Below, one piece after another: positions 41,005 to 50,354 of a DNA stretch of 64,000 bases (position 1 is the stretch's first letter; each line of letters begins with the position of its first letter). The DNA is from an uncultured Gemmatimonadaceae bacterium (GTDB lineage: Bacteria > Gemmatimonadota > Gemmatimonadetes > Gemmatimonadales > Gemmatimonadaceae): NCBI GenBank assembly GCA_963781585.1, contig CAWAGQ010000011.1:288001-352000 (forward strand), given 5' to 3'. The position numbers were made by a program, and so were the translations under genes. The notes beneath the pieces were generated by a model that saw only the letters and a program-made list of their open reading frames with translations, was not told the origin of the DNA and did no database searches.

Positions 41005-42495
41005 TCATCGTGCCGCCGCCTTCTGAAGCAGTTGCCACGCTTCCGCCACGTGCTTGCGCTCGGTCCGCACGTTGCCGATCGACAGGCGCAGGACCATCCG
41101 GCCGTGGAGCCTGGTGTGCGACAGCAACACACGCCCGCTGGCGTTGACGGCATCCAGGATCTGCTGGTTGCGCCGGTCGCACTCCTCGTCAGGCAGACCG
41201 CGCGGCGCGTAGCGAAAACATACCAGCGAGAACATCTGCGGAGCGGCCAGCACCCAGTCGGGATCGGCCGCGACCCATGAGGCGAATTCGCGCGCCATCT
41301 CCATGTGACCGCGGAGGCGCTGGGCGATGCCCGACACCCCGAACGCGCGGATCACCATCCAGAGTTTGAGCGCGCGGAACCGCCGGCCGAGCTGGACGCC
41401 GTAGTCCATCAGGTTCACCACGACATCCTGCTCGGCCGTCACCAGGTACTCGGGCACGAGCGAGAACGCGCGCTTCAGCACCTCGGGGCGGCGCGTGTAG
41501 AGCGCGGAGATGTCGACCGGCGTGAAGAGCCACTTGTGCGGATTCACCACCAGCGAGTCGGCATCCTCCACGCCGTCCATGATGGATTTGTGTTCTGGTG
41601 TGATGGCCGCCACTCCGGCGTACGAGGCATCCACGTGCAGCCAGAGGTTCTCGCGGCGGCAGATGGCGGCGATGGCGGGCACCGGATCCACGCTCGCGGT
41701 ACTGGTGGTCCCGACCGTGGCCACCACCACCAGCGGCAGCCGCCCCTCTCGAAGGTCGGCCGCGATCGCTTCGTCGAGCGCGCCGGGCAGCATCCGGAAC
41801 GCGTCGTCCACCGGAACGTGGACGATGTTGTCCTGACCGAAGCCTAACGTGAGAGCCGCCTTGTCCACCGACGAGTGCGACTGCGCCGACGTGTACAGGC
41901 GCAGAGGCGGCAGATCGGGCCGGCCCGCCATACCGCGGCGGCGGATCTCGAGCTCCGGCCGGGCTTCCCGCGCCGCGGCCAGCGCGTACAGGGTTGACAT
42001 CGACGCCGTGTCGTTGATCACGCCGAACCACCCCGCGCGCAGCCCCATCATCTGTCGCAGCCAGTCCAGCGCGCGCTGTTCGAGCTCGGTCGCCGCCGGC
42101 GACGTGCGCCAGAGCATGGCGTTGACATCGAGCGCCGCCGCCAGCATCTCGGCGGCGATCCCCGGCGCCGATGCCGAGATCGAGAAGTAGCCGAAGAAGC
42201 CGGGGTGATTCCAGTGGGTGACGCCGGGGATGAGGATCCGTTCGAAGTCGTCGAGAATCCGGTCCATCGGCTCGGCACCCGGCGGAGGCTCGGCGGGCAG
42301 GCGCGCGGCGATGTCGCCCGGCGCGACCCGGGCGAGCACGGGGTAGTCGTCCACCTCCGCCAGGTACCGCTCGATCCACGCGGTCACACGCGTGAGCGCG
42401 GCGTGAATCTCGGCTGGGGAGAGATCGCCCGCCGCCGGCGAGTGGGTCACGGCGGGCGTCGGGACGGCGTGCTGCGAGGGCAGTTCCCGGCTCAC
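41005..42495 (-). CDS. PLP-dependent group II decarboxylase (aromatic L-amino acid decarboxylase-like)
   Basis: 'PGVTHWNHP.FF.YF', 'SPAATELE', 'LHVDASY.G', 'DSLVVNPHKWL', 'LGRRFRALKLW'. Confidence 0.92.
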   Translation of the reverse strand: MSRELPSQHAVPTPAVTHSPAAGDLSPAEIHAALTRVTAWIERYLAEVDDYPVLARVAPGDIAARLPAEPPPGAEPMDRILDDFERILIPGVTHWNHPGFFGYFSISASAPGIAAEMLAAALDVNAMLWRTSPAATELEQRALDWLRQMMGLRAGWFGVINDTASMSTLYALAAAREARPELEIRRRGMAGRPDLPPLRLYTSAQSHSSVDKAALTLGFGQDNIVHVPVDDAFRMLPGALDEAIAADLREGRLPLVVVATVGTTSTASVDPVPAIAAICRRENLWLHVDASYAGVAAITPEHKSIMDGVEDADSLVVNPHKWLFTPVDISALYTRRPEVLKRAFSLVPEYLVTAEQDVVVNLMDYGVQLGRRFRALKLWMVIRAFGVSGIAQRLRGHMEMAREFASWVAADPDWVLAAPQMFSLVCFRYAPRGLPDEECDRRNQQILDAVNASGRVLLSHTRLHGRMVLRLSIGNVRTERKHVAEAWQLLQKAAAR

Positions 42496-43460
42496 GGCGC
42501 CTCCCGCACCGGCGCCGGGGCCAGCGGCCGCCCGGCTCCCTCCCGATCACGGCCGTACAGCGTGATCAGCGCCACCGCGGCCACGATCACCCCGCCGGCG
42601 ACAACGATCCGGAGCGACACGGCTTCGCCGGCCACCACCGCACCAAGCAGCACCGCGACGACCGGATTGACGAACGCGTAGGTCGCCGCCAGCGCCGCGC
42701 TGGTCACGCCGAGCAGGTACATGTAGGTGGAATAGCCGACCACCGACCCGATGAGGATGAGATACACCAGCGAGAACCCGGACCGCCGCGTCACCGCACT
42801 CCAATCGAAACCATGGTACTCGCCGGCGACCGCGCCGAGGACGAGGACCGTCGCGCCACCGGTCATCAATTGCACGGCGCTGGTCTGAAGTCCCGAGCCG
42901 AGCCGGGGGACCCCGCGGGCGTAGATCGAGCCGCCGGCCCACAGCACCGTGCCGGACAGGACCACCCCCGCGCCTAACGGGTCGATCGGCGCACCGCCCA
43001 TCGAGTGCGGCCCCACCAGGACTACCGTCCCGAACACCCCCAGCGCGAGGCCGGCCATCACCCCCCACGCCGGCCGCCGGCCGCCGGGGCGCCACCACTC
43101 CAGCAGCACCATCCAGCACGGCGTCATGGCCACCAGCAGCGACGCGACCCCCGACGGAATGCGTTGCACCGACCACGTGATCGACACGTTGCCCAGCGTG
43201 AGCAGGATGCCGACCACCACGTGCGGTCGCCAGGCCGGGCTCACGCCCACGATGCCGCTCCGCCACGCCGCCAGCGCCAGGAGCACCGCGCCGGCCATGA
43301 AGAACCGGAACCCCGACACGCCGACGGGGGGAATGGTCTCCCCGGCAAAACGCATGAAGATGTAGGTCGAACCCCACACCACGTACAACGCGGCGAACGC
43401 CGTAATCAGCTGGCCGCGGGGCGCGTGCCCGTGCGGTCCGCCGCCGAAAGTCGTACTCAT
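42492..43460 (-). CDS. EamA/DMT transporter (YedA-like)
   Basis: 'LYVVWGSTY', 'TYAFVNPVVAVLLG'; 10 TM; start ATG 43460. Confidence 0.9.
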   Translation of the reverse strand: MSTTFGGGPHGHAPRGQLITAFAALYVVWGSTYIFMRFAGETIPPVGVSGFRFFMAGAVLLALAAWRSGIVGVSPAWRPHVVVGILLTLGNVSITWSVQRIPSGVASLLVAMTPCWMVLLEWWRPGGRRPAWGVMAGLALGVFGTVVLVGPHSMGGAPIDPLGAGVVLSGTVLWAGGSIYARGVPRLGSGLQTSAVQLMTGGATVLVLGAVAGEYHGFDWSAVTRRSGFSLVYLILIGSVVGYSTYMYLLGVTSAALAATYAFVNPVVAVLLGAVVAGEAVSLRIVVAGGVIVAAVALITLYGRDREGAGRPLAPAPVREAP

Positions 43461-44605
43461 CGCCAACGGAAAAGGCGCACCGCGAGGGTGAAGCACACCG
43501 CGAACCAGGCTCCAGCGATCGCGAGCTCGCCGCGCACGACGTGCCATCCGGCCCCCTGGAGCATCACGCCGCGCACCGCATCCACCACCGCCGTGAGCGG
43601 AAGCGCCTGGATGAACGGCTGCACCGCGGCCGGGAAATTCGACGACGAGAAGAAGACGCCGCTGGCCACCCACATCGGCAGCATCACCACGTTCATCCAC
43701 CCCGACGCCCCTTCCACGGTGCGGGCTCGTGCCGCGATCAGCAGTCCGATGGCGCCGAACGAAAGCGTCCCCGCCACGCACGAGAGCGAGAACAGCGCGA
43801 CCGATCCACGCATCGGCACCCCGAACACCAGCATCCCGAAGCTGGTGATCACCACGACCTCCACCACCATCAACGCCAGCCGCATCAGCACGAACGACAA
43901 CAGGTACTGGGGCCGGCGCATCGGTGTGGCCACGAACCGTTTCAGCAGCTTCTTGCGCCGGGCGTCGACGATGCTGTACCCGATCCCCCAGATGCTGCCG
44001 CCCATCAGGTTCATGCCCAGCAGTCCCGGGAGGACGAAGTCGATGTACCGGGATCCACGCTCGCGCACGATTGCGTTCCGCGCGGCCAGCGGATCCTGCC
44101 GGCCGGCGGCCCGCTGCATCGCACGATCCACGACGAACCGCGCGTTGCGGGCCTCGGGCCGTGCGTCGTCGAACCGGTATTCCACCGACCCGTCGGCACG
44201 CGGCGCCACCACCAGCGCCACCTTCCCGATGCGTAGCGCGGTCATGGCGGCCGAGTCGTCGAGCGCCACCACGCGCACGGCAGAGTCGGCGGCGAGTACG
44301 GCGCGGACCCGCTCGGCGTCAGGCGCCGATGCCACGACGGCCACCCGGGCCACGTCGGCCGGGCGCGAACGGAAGGCGATCCCGAGCCCGGTGGCCAGGA
44401 GCAACGGGAAGACGAACGTCCAGAAGACGGCTTCCGGTTCGCGCAGGAATTCGCGGAATCGGCTGCGGGTGAGTTCGACGAGTGGCGAGCGCGGGGCGTT
44501 GTGCGATGTATCGAGCCGCGCGGCCGGGGCGCTGCCGCGGTCGGGTCGCGGCGCCGCCCGATCGGGCGGTGGCGGGGCGGGGATCGTGGTGCGCTCGCCG
44601 CTCAT
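43457..44605 (-). CDS. ABC-2 type exporter permease
   Basis: 'REPEAVFWTFVFP', 'YIDFVLPGLLG', 'SGVFF', 'LPLT...DA.R'; start ATG 44605. Confidence 0.9.
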   Translation of the reverse strand: MSGERTTIPAPPPPDRAAPRPDRGSAPAARLDTSHNAPRSPLVELTRSRFREFLREPEAVFWTFVFPLLLATGLGIAFRSRPADVARVAVVASAPDAERVRAVLAADSAVRVVALDDSAAMTALRIGKVALVVAPRADGSVEYRFDDARPEARNARFVVDRAMQRAAGRQDPLAARNAIVRERGSRYIDFVLPGLLGMNLMGGSIWGIGYSIVDARRKKLLKRFVATPMRRPQYLLSFVLMRLALMVVEVVVITSFGMLVFGVPMRGSVALFSLSCVAGTLSFGAIGLLIAARARTVEGASGWMNVVMLPMWVASGVFFSSSNFPAAVQPFIQALPLTAVVDAVRGVMLQGAGWHVVRGELAIAGAWFAVCFTLAVRLFRWR

Positions 44606-45540
44606 GTCTCCCTCAGGTGGCGTCCGGTCAGCGAGACGAATACGTCCTCGAGGGTGGGCGTGTGCACGCGCAGCTCGGTGACGGTGGCGTCCAGGTCGTC
44701 GATCTGCCGGAGAATCGCCGGAAGCGCCTCGTGGGCCGCCGACACCTGCAGCGTCCAGACCGGGCCGTCGGAGCGCGAGGCGAGCACGCCCCGGACGCCA
44801 TCGAAGGCGCTCCCGGGCAGCGCCTGCCCGTCGCCCAGCGACAGTTCCACCACCTGTTCGGCGCCTAACGAGCGGATCAGGTCCCGCGGCGTGCCGGAGG
44901 CGATGATCCGGCCGTGGTCCACCACCGCCACCCGGTCGCACAGCCGCTCGGCTTCATCCATATAGTGGGTGGTGAGCAGGATCGTGCGCCCGGCCGCCCG
45001 CAGCCGGTCCACCAGCTCCCAGAGCTGGCGCCGCGACTGTGGATCGAGCCCGGTGGTGGGCTCGTCGAGAAACAGCAGCTCCGGATCGCCGACCAGCGCG
45101 CAGGCCACCGACAGCCGCTGCTTCTGGCCCCCCGACAGCGCCCCCACCCGCGCCCGCGCCTTCTCCTCGAGCTGCACCAGCCGCACGATCTCGCCAGCCG
45201 ACGGGCCCGATCGGTAGAAGCTGCGAAACAGGCTGACCGTTTCGGTGACCGTGAGCTTCTCGGAGAACTGCGTCTCCTGCAATTGCACGCCAAGCCGCTG
45301 ACGCAACTCGCGTTCGTCGCCGCGCCAGTGAAGCCCCAGTACTACCACCTCGCCCGCATCGGGAACGAGCAGACCCTCGCAGATCTCGATGGTTGTCGTT
45401 TTCCCCGCACCGTTAGGCCCGAGCAGCCCGAAGCACTCGGCGGCGCGCACCTCGAGATCGAGCCCGTCCACCGCCACCACGTCGCCATATGTCTTGCGCA
45501 ACGCGCGGACGTCCAGCACGTTCGCCCGGTTGATCGGCAT
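44602..45540 (-). CDS. ABC-2 exporter ATP-binding protein
   Basis: Walker A 'GPNGAGKTT', 'LSGGQKQR', 'LDEPTTGLD', 'TTHYMDEAE'. Confidence 0.95.
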   Translation of the reverse strand: MPINRANVLDVRALRKTYGDVVAVDGLDLEVRAAECFGLLGPNGAGKTTTIEICEGLLVPDAGEVVVLGLHWRGDERELRQRLGVQLQETQFSEKLTVTETVSLFRSFYRSGPSAGEIVRLVQLEEKARARVGALSGGQKQRLSVACALVGDPELLFLDEPTTGLDPQSRRQLWELVDRLRAAGRTILLTTHYMDEAERLCDRVAVVDHGRIIASGTPRDLIRSLGAEQVVELSLGDGQALPGSAFDGVRGVLASRSDGPVWTLQVSAAHEALPAILRQIDDLDATVTELRVHTPTLEDVFVSLTGRHLRET

Positions 45541-45663
45541 CCGCTGAGACTAATCGAACCGCTGCACCGGGGGGAGGCGCGCATCGTCCCGCGGAGCGGC
45601 ATCGCTCCGGTCCAGCCGGGTGCTCCCGTTTTCTCCAGTCGCGCTCACGCTTTGCCCCCGCCC

Positions 45664-46557
45664 ATGCTCACCATCCGGAATCTCGTCAAGGTCTATCCCG
45701 GGCCCGTGGCCGCCCTGCAGGGCGTGAGCCTGGACGTGCCCCCCGGTCTGTTCGGACTCCTGGGTCCCAACGGCGCCGGCAAGACCACGCTCATGCGCAT
45801 CGTCGCCGGCGTCCTGCAGCCGACGTCGGGGGCCGTTCATCTCGATGACCTAGACGTGCTCGCCAACCCGCAGGCGCTGTGGACCACGCTCGGCTACCTG
45901 CCCCAGGAATTCGGGTTCCTCCCCCACCTGAGCGGACAGCGAATGCTGGAGTACCTGCTGCGGCTCAAGGGCATTGCGTCCGACGGCGGCGTGTCGCGGC
46001 TCGCGGGCGAGTTGCTGGAGCGGGTGAATCTGAGTCACGCGGCGCGGCGCAAGGTGAAGGAGTACTCGGGCGGCATGCGCCAGCGCCTGGGAATCGCGCA
46101 GGCCATCGCCGGCGACCCGAAGCTGCTGATCGTCGATGAGCCGACCGCCGGGCTCGACCCCGAGGAACGCCTGCGCTTCTATCGCGCACTCGCGGAACTG
46201 GCGGAACGGCGCACCGTGCTGCTGTCGACACACATCGTGGAGGACGTATCGGTGCTCTGCCCGCGGTTCGCGATCATCCGTGACGGGCGGGTGGTGGCGC
46301 TCACGTCGCCTCGCGAGGCGCGCGAAGAACTGGCCGGGAGGATCTTCGAGGGCGACGTGGCCGCCGACGCCCTCGAGTCGGTCCGGCGCGACCGTCGCGT
46401 GACCCAGGCCATCCTCCTGGAAGGACGAAACCGGGTGCGCGTGTTCGAACCCTCGGGCGTGTGCCCGGCCGGGTTCGAGCCGGTGGCCCCCACCCTCGAG
46501 GATGCCTATCTCCTCGTTATGCAGGACGCCGGCGGAAGCGCCGGTGCGGCCGCGTGA
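45664..46557 (+). CDS. ABC transporter ATP-binding protein
   Basis: 'GPNGAGKTT', 'YSGGMRQR', 'VDEPTAGLDPEER', 'STHIVED'; start ATG 45664. Confidence 0.95.
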   Translation: MLTIRNLVKVYPGPVAALQGVSLDVPPGLFGLLGPNGAGKTTLMRIVAGVLQPTSGAVHLDDLDVLANPQALWTTLGYLPQEFGFLPHLSGQRMLEYLLRLKGIASDGGVSRLAGELLERVNLSHAARRKVKEYSGGMRQRLGIAQAIAGDPKLLIVDEPTAGLDPEERLRFYRALAELAERRTVLLSTHIVEDVSVLCPRFAIIRDGRVVALTSPREAREELAGRIFEGDVAADALESVRRDRRVTQAILLEGRNRVRVFEPSGVCPAGFEPVAPTLEDAYLLVMQDAGGSAGAAA

Positions 46558-49500
46558 GCCTGCGCCGTCTGGGAGTGGTCGCGCGGGACGAACTGCGCTA
46601 CACCGTGCGGCGCCCGATGGTCTGGATCCTCCTGGTGCTGCTGGTCCTGATCACCTGGGGGCTCAGCAGCGGCAACGTGCAGATCATCATCGCCTCGGGC
46701 GACGCCACGGTCGGGGGCAAGAAGGCATGGCTCACCTCGGAGTTCGCGCTGTCGCAGATCCTCGCCATCACGAGCTTCCTCTTCTACCTGTTCTTCGCCT
46801 CCGCCGCCGCGGGCCTGACCGTGATCCGCGACGCCGAGGCCGGGGTGCTCGAGATTCTGCAGGCGACGCCGCTGCGCCCGTCGGAATACGTCTGGGGCAA
46901 GTTCCTCGGCGTCCTGGGCGGGTTCCTCGCCGTGCTGGCGCTGCACGTCGCGATTCTCATTCTCATCCTGCAGGTGCTGCCGAACGCCGACATGCTCGAC
47001 ACGCGGGGACCGTTCGCGCTCGGCAACTATCTGCATCCGACGCTGCTCTTTGCGCTCCCGGTGATCGTCTTCGCCGCGGGAACCGCGTTCGGCGTCGGGA
47101 CCGCCACCCGCCGCGCGATCCTGGTCTTCGTGCTTCCGGTGGCGCTGACCCTCCTGGCCGGATTCTTCCTCTGGAGCTGGTCCCCGTCCTGGCTCGATCC
47201 CCGCATCAACCGGCTCCTGATGGCGATCGATCCCGGCGGCGTGCGGTGGCTGAGCGAGATGTGGCTCAAGGTTGATCGCGGCGCCGATTTCTACAACACG
47301 CAACCCGTCCGCCCCGACCTGCTGCTGATCGCCAATCGCCTCGTGATGCTGACCGTCGCCCTGGGCGCGGTCGCGCTCGGCGGACGCCGGTTCGCGCGCC
47401 TGGCCCGCGGGGAGCAGGCCGTCAGCACCGACGACGTGTCACGGGCCCTGGCGGCGCCGCCGATCGCGTCCGTGCCGGTGATGGCAGCGTCGGCGCCACG
47501 CCTCGCCACCCGGGTCGCGCGCGTGGGCTTCTGGGCATCGGCGTGGAAGATCGCCCGCGCCGAAGGGCGCGAGTTGCGCAGCCAGCCCGGCCTGTACCTC
47601 TTCATCCCGATCATCCTGCTGGAAATCCTGGGCGACTCGCTCACCGCACTGGGCCCGTTCGACACGCCGCTGCTGCTGGTGCCGGGCGACCTGGCGGTGG
47701 GCCAGATGCAGATGCAGGTGTCGTACGTTGCGCTGCTGCTGATTTTCTACGCCGTCGAGTCGCTGACGCGGGAACGCAGCACGCGGCTCAGCGCCATTCA
47801 GGACGCGACCCCCGTGTCGAACGGCGCGATCGTCACCGGCAAGGTCATGGCGCTGGGCGTGCTGTGGGCCATCATCGCGGGCGCCTGCCTGGTCGCGTCG
47901 CTCGTCGCGATCCTGATTCAGGGACGCGTCTCGTTCTCGGTCTGGCCGTTCGCCCTGGTGTGGGGCCTGATCCTCCTTCCGTCGTATCTCGTGTGGACCG
48001 CGTTCATCTTCGCGGTCTTCGCCATCACGCGGAGCCGGTTCACCACCTACGGTGTGGCGGTGGCCACGTTCGCCCTCACCATCTTCGAGGCCGTTCGCGG
48101 AAAGCTCACCTGGCTCTGGAACTGGCCCCTCTGGAATGCGATGCGGTGGTCGGACATGAGCGTGTTCGAGTTCGATCGGAGCGCGTTGATCCTGAACCGG
48201 TTGCTCATGCTCGGGTTCGCGGCCCTCCTGTTCCGTATTGCGATACGGCTTTACCCGCGCCGCGATCGCGACGTCACGCGCTCCCTGCACGCCTTCGCGC
48301 CGCGCGCGATGTGGGGAACCGTGCGGCGCGCGTGGGCCGTCGTGGTGCCGACCGCGATCGTGTTCTCGCTGCTGTGGCACCAGATCGCGATCGGCCCGGA
48401 CGGGCCGCAGGCCGACCGGATGGCGAAGAACTACTGGAAGAAGAACCTCGCCACCTGGAAGGACACCCGGATCCCGTGGCTCAAGCACGCCGACCTCCAG
48501 GTGGAGCTCGAGCCGGCGCAGCGCCGCTGGAGCGTGCGGGGGAGCTACCTGATCGTGAACCAGCTCGACTCCACCATCCAGCAGGTGCCGATTACCGTCG
48601 GCCGGTGGGACGACATGAGCTGGACCCTGGACGGCACCCCGTACACGCCGGATACGGCGTCGCACCTGTTCGTCTTCACCACCCCGCACCCGCTCAATCG
48701 CGGTGACAGCGTGCGCATCGGGTTCACGTACGTGGGCACGGAACGCGGATCGACCAAACGGGGCGGCGGCGCGAGCGAATTCGTGGTGCCCTCAGGCGTT
48801 GTCATGACCGGATTCTCTCCCCGCTACTTCCCGTACCTCGGATACGTCGAGGGCATCGGCGTGGAGCGTGACAAGAACCAGTACGAACCGCGCCAGTATC
48901 CCGACCGCTGGTACGAGGGTGTCACGCCACCGGTATTCGGGTCCCAGCGCCCCCAGACGGTGCGGATGCAGGTCACCGCCCCCGCCGACTTTACCGTGAA
49001 CGGCGTGGGCGAGCTGGTCGAGCAGCATGTCAGCGGCGGCAGGCGGACCGACGTGTGGGAGAGCGACCAGCCGGTCATGGCCTTCAACCTGGTTGCCGCG
49101 AAAGCACAGGAGCGGCGCGGAACCGGCACCGCGCTGTTCTACCATCCGGCGCACTCGTACAACATCGACGAGATGATCCAGGCCCTCGACGCGGCGCGGC
49201 ACTGGTACGGCGAATGGTACGGCGCGTTTCCGTGGAAGGAACTGAAGATCACCGAGTTCCCCAACCTCGCGAGCTACGCACAGGGATTCCCCACCAACAT
49301 CAGCTTCTCTGAGGGAATCGGATTTCTCACCAAGAGCGACCGGAAAACGAATCTCGCGTTCATGGTCACCGCCCACGAGTCGGCGCACCAATGGTGGGGC
49401 AACCTGGTGCAACCGGGCGTGGGACCGAGCGGCAACTTCCTCAGCGAAGGGATGGCGCACTTCTCCACCGCGCTGCTCCTCGAGCAGGTGAAGGGCGCGC

Positions 49501-50162
49501 ACGCGGCGATGGAATTCCGGCAGCGAATCGAATCACAGTACGGCGACCAGCGCCACGCCGACGCCGAGCGCAAGATGTACCGCGTGGACGGCTCCAAGGA
49601 CGGAGACAACACGCTCTGGTACAACAAGGGTGGATGGGTCTTCTGGATGCTTGCCGACCGCATGGGACGGCAGAACGCGCTGCGCGGGATGAAGGACTTC
49701 GTGACGAAGTACTATGGCAACCCCGACCATCCGGTGCTGTACGATTTCACCGACCACATGCGCCGCTACGCGAGCGACACGGCCGCCTACAACGATTTCG
49801 TGAAGCAGTGGTTCGACTCGGTGGTTGTACCCGAATACCGCGTGCGTGACGTGAAGCGCACCCGCGTCGATTCGGATGGAACGTCGTGGGAGACGTCGGC
49901 GACCATCGAAAACGCGGGCACCGGCCGCATGCCGGTCGAGGTCGCGGTGAGCCGCGGGGTCCGCTTCCCCAATGACTCCTCGGCGACGAAGGCAGACAGT
50001 ACGCGCTACGCCGACGCCCGCGTGACCATCACGCTCGACGGCGGCGCCAACCAGCGGGTGGTGATCCGCTCTGCGTTCGAGCCCGAGCAGGTGGTGGTGG
50101 ATCCGGACGTCCGGGTGCTGCAGCTGCGCCGCAAGTCGGCCATGGCGAAGATCCCGCGGTAG
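46554..50162 (+). CDS. ABC-2 permease (duplicated) fused to M1-family zinc aminopeptidase
   Basis: Two permease halves, then 'AHESAHQWWGN...LSEG.A' HExxH..E and 'YNKG'; GTG 46554 overlaps the ATPase stop. Confidence 0.9.
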   Translation: MSLRRLGVVARDELRYTVRRPMVWILLVLLVLITWGLSSGNVQIIIASGDATVGGKKAWLTSEFALSQILAITSFLFYLFFASAAAGLTVIRDAEAGVLEILQATPLRPSEYVWGKFLGVLGGFLAVLALHVAILILILQVLPNADMLDTRGPFALGNYLHPTLLFALPVIVFAAGTAFGVGTATRRAILVFVLPVALTLLAGFFLWSWSPSWLDPRINRLLMAIDPGGVRWLSEMWLKVDRGADFYNTQPVRPDLLLIANRLVMLTVALGAVALGGRRFARLARGEQAVSTDDVSRALAAPPIASVPVMAASAPRLATRVARVGFWASAWKIARAEGRELRSQPGLYLFIPIILLEILGDSLTALGPFDTPLLLVPGDLAVGQMQMQVSYVALLLIFYAVESLTRERSTRLSAIQDATPVSNGAIVTGKVMALGVLWAIIAGACLVASLVAILIQGRVSFSVWPFALVWGLILLPSYLVWTAFIFAVFAITRSRFTTYGVAVATFALTIFEAVRGKLTWLWNWPLWNAMRWSDMSVFEFDRSALILNRLLMLGFAALLFRIAIRLYPRRDRDVTRSLHAFAPRAMWGTVRRAWAVVVPTAIVFSLLWHQIAIGPDGPQADRMAKNYWKKNLATWKDTRIPWLKHADLQVELEPAQRRWSVRGSYLIVNQLDSTIQQVPITVGRWDDMSWTLDGTPYTPDTASHLFVFTTPHPLNRGDSVRIGFTYVGTERGSTKRGGGASEFVVPSGVVMTGFSPRYFPYLGYVEGIGVERDKNQYEPRQYPDRWYEGVTPPVFGSQRPQTVRMQVTAPADFTVNGVGELVEQHVSGGRRTDVWESDQPVMAFNLVAAKAQERRGTGTALFYHPAHSYNIDEMIQALDAARHWYGEWYGAFPWKELKITEFPNLASYAQGFPTNISFSEGIGFLTKSDRKTNLAFMVTAHESAHQWWGNLVQPGVGPSGNFLSEGMAHFSTALLLEQVKGAHAAMEFRQRIESQYGDQRHADAERKMYRVDGSKDGDNTLWYNKGGWVFWMLADRMGRQNALRGMKDFVTKYYGNPDHPVLYDFTDHMRRYASDTAAYNDFVKQWFDSVVVPEYRVRDVKRTRVDSDGTSWETSATIENAGTGRMPVEVAVSRGVRFPNDSSATKADSTRYADARVTITLDGGANQRVVIRSAFEPEQVVVDPDVRVLQLRRKSAMAKIPR

Positions 50163-50183
50163 CGTTCGGGGTCACCGTGCCCC

Positions 50184-50223
50184 GGTCCTCTGTGGTACGG
50201 CACGTCTTCAACCACAGGGGACC
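50184..50223. terminator. 13-bp stem hairpin after the permease-peptidase gene
   Basis: GGTCCTCTGTGGT..ACCACAGGGGACC with one G-U pair; no U-tract. Confidence 0.4.
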
Positions 50224-50354
50224 CAGCACACTGACGGCGAGGATTCTCACCGGACGCTCGTTCTCTGTGATCTCTGCGGTTTCTGCCCACCGAAACATTC
50301 GGCGGCTCCCGGCGTAGGTATTCCTCTCGCCGCTCAGGAAGGGGACGCTCGCGC

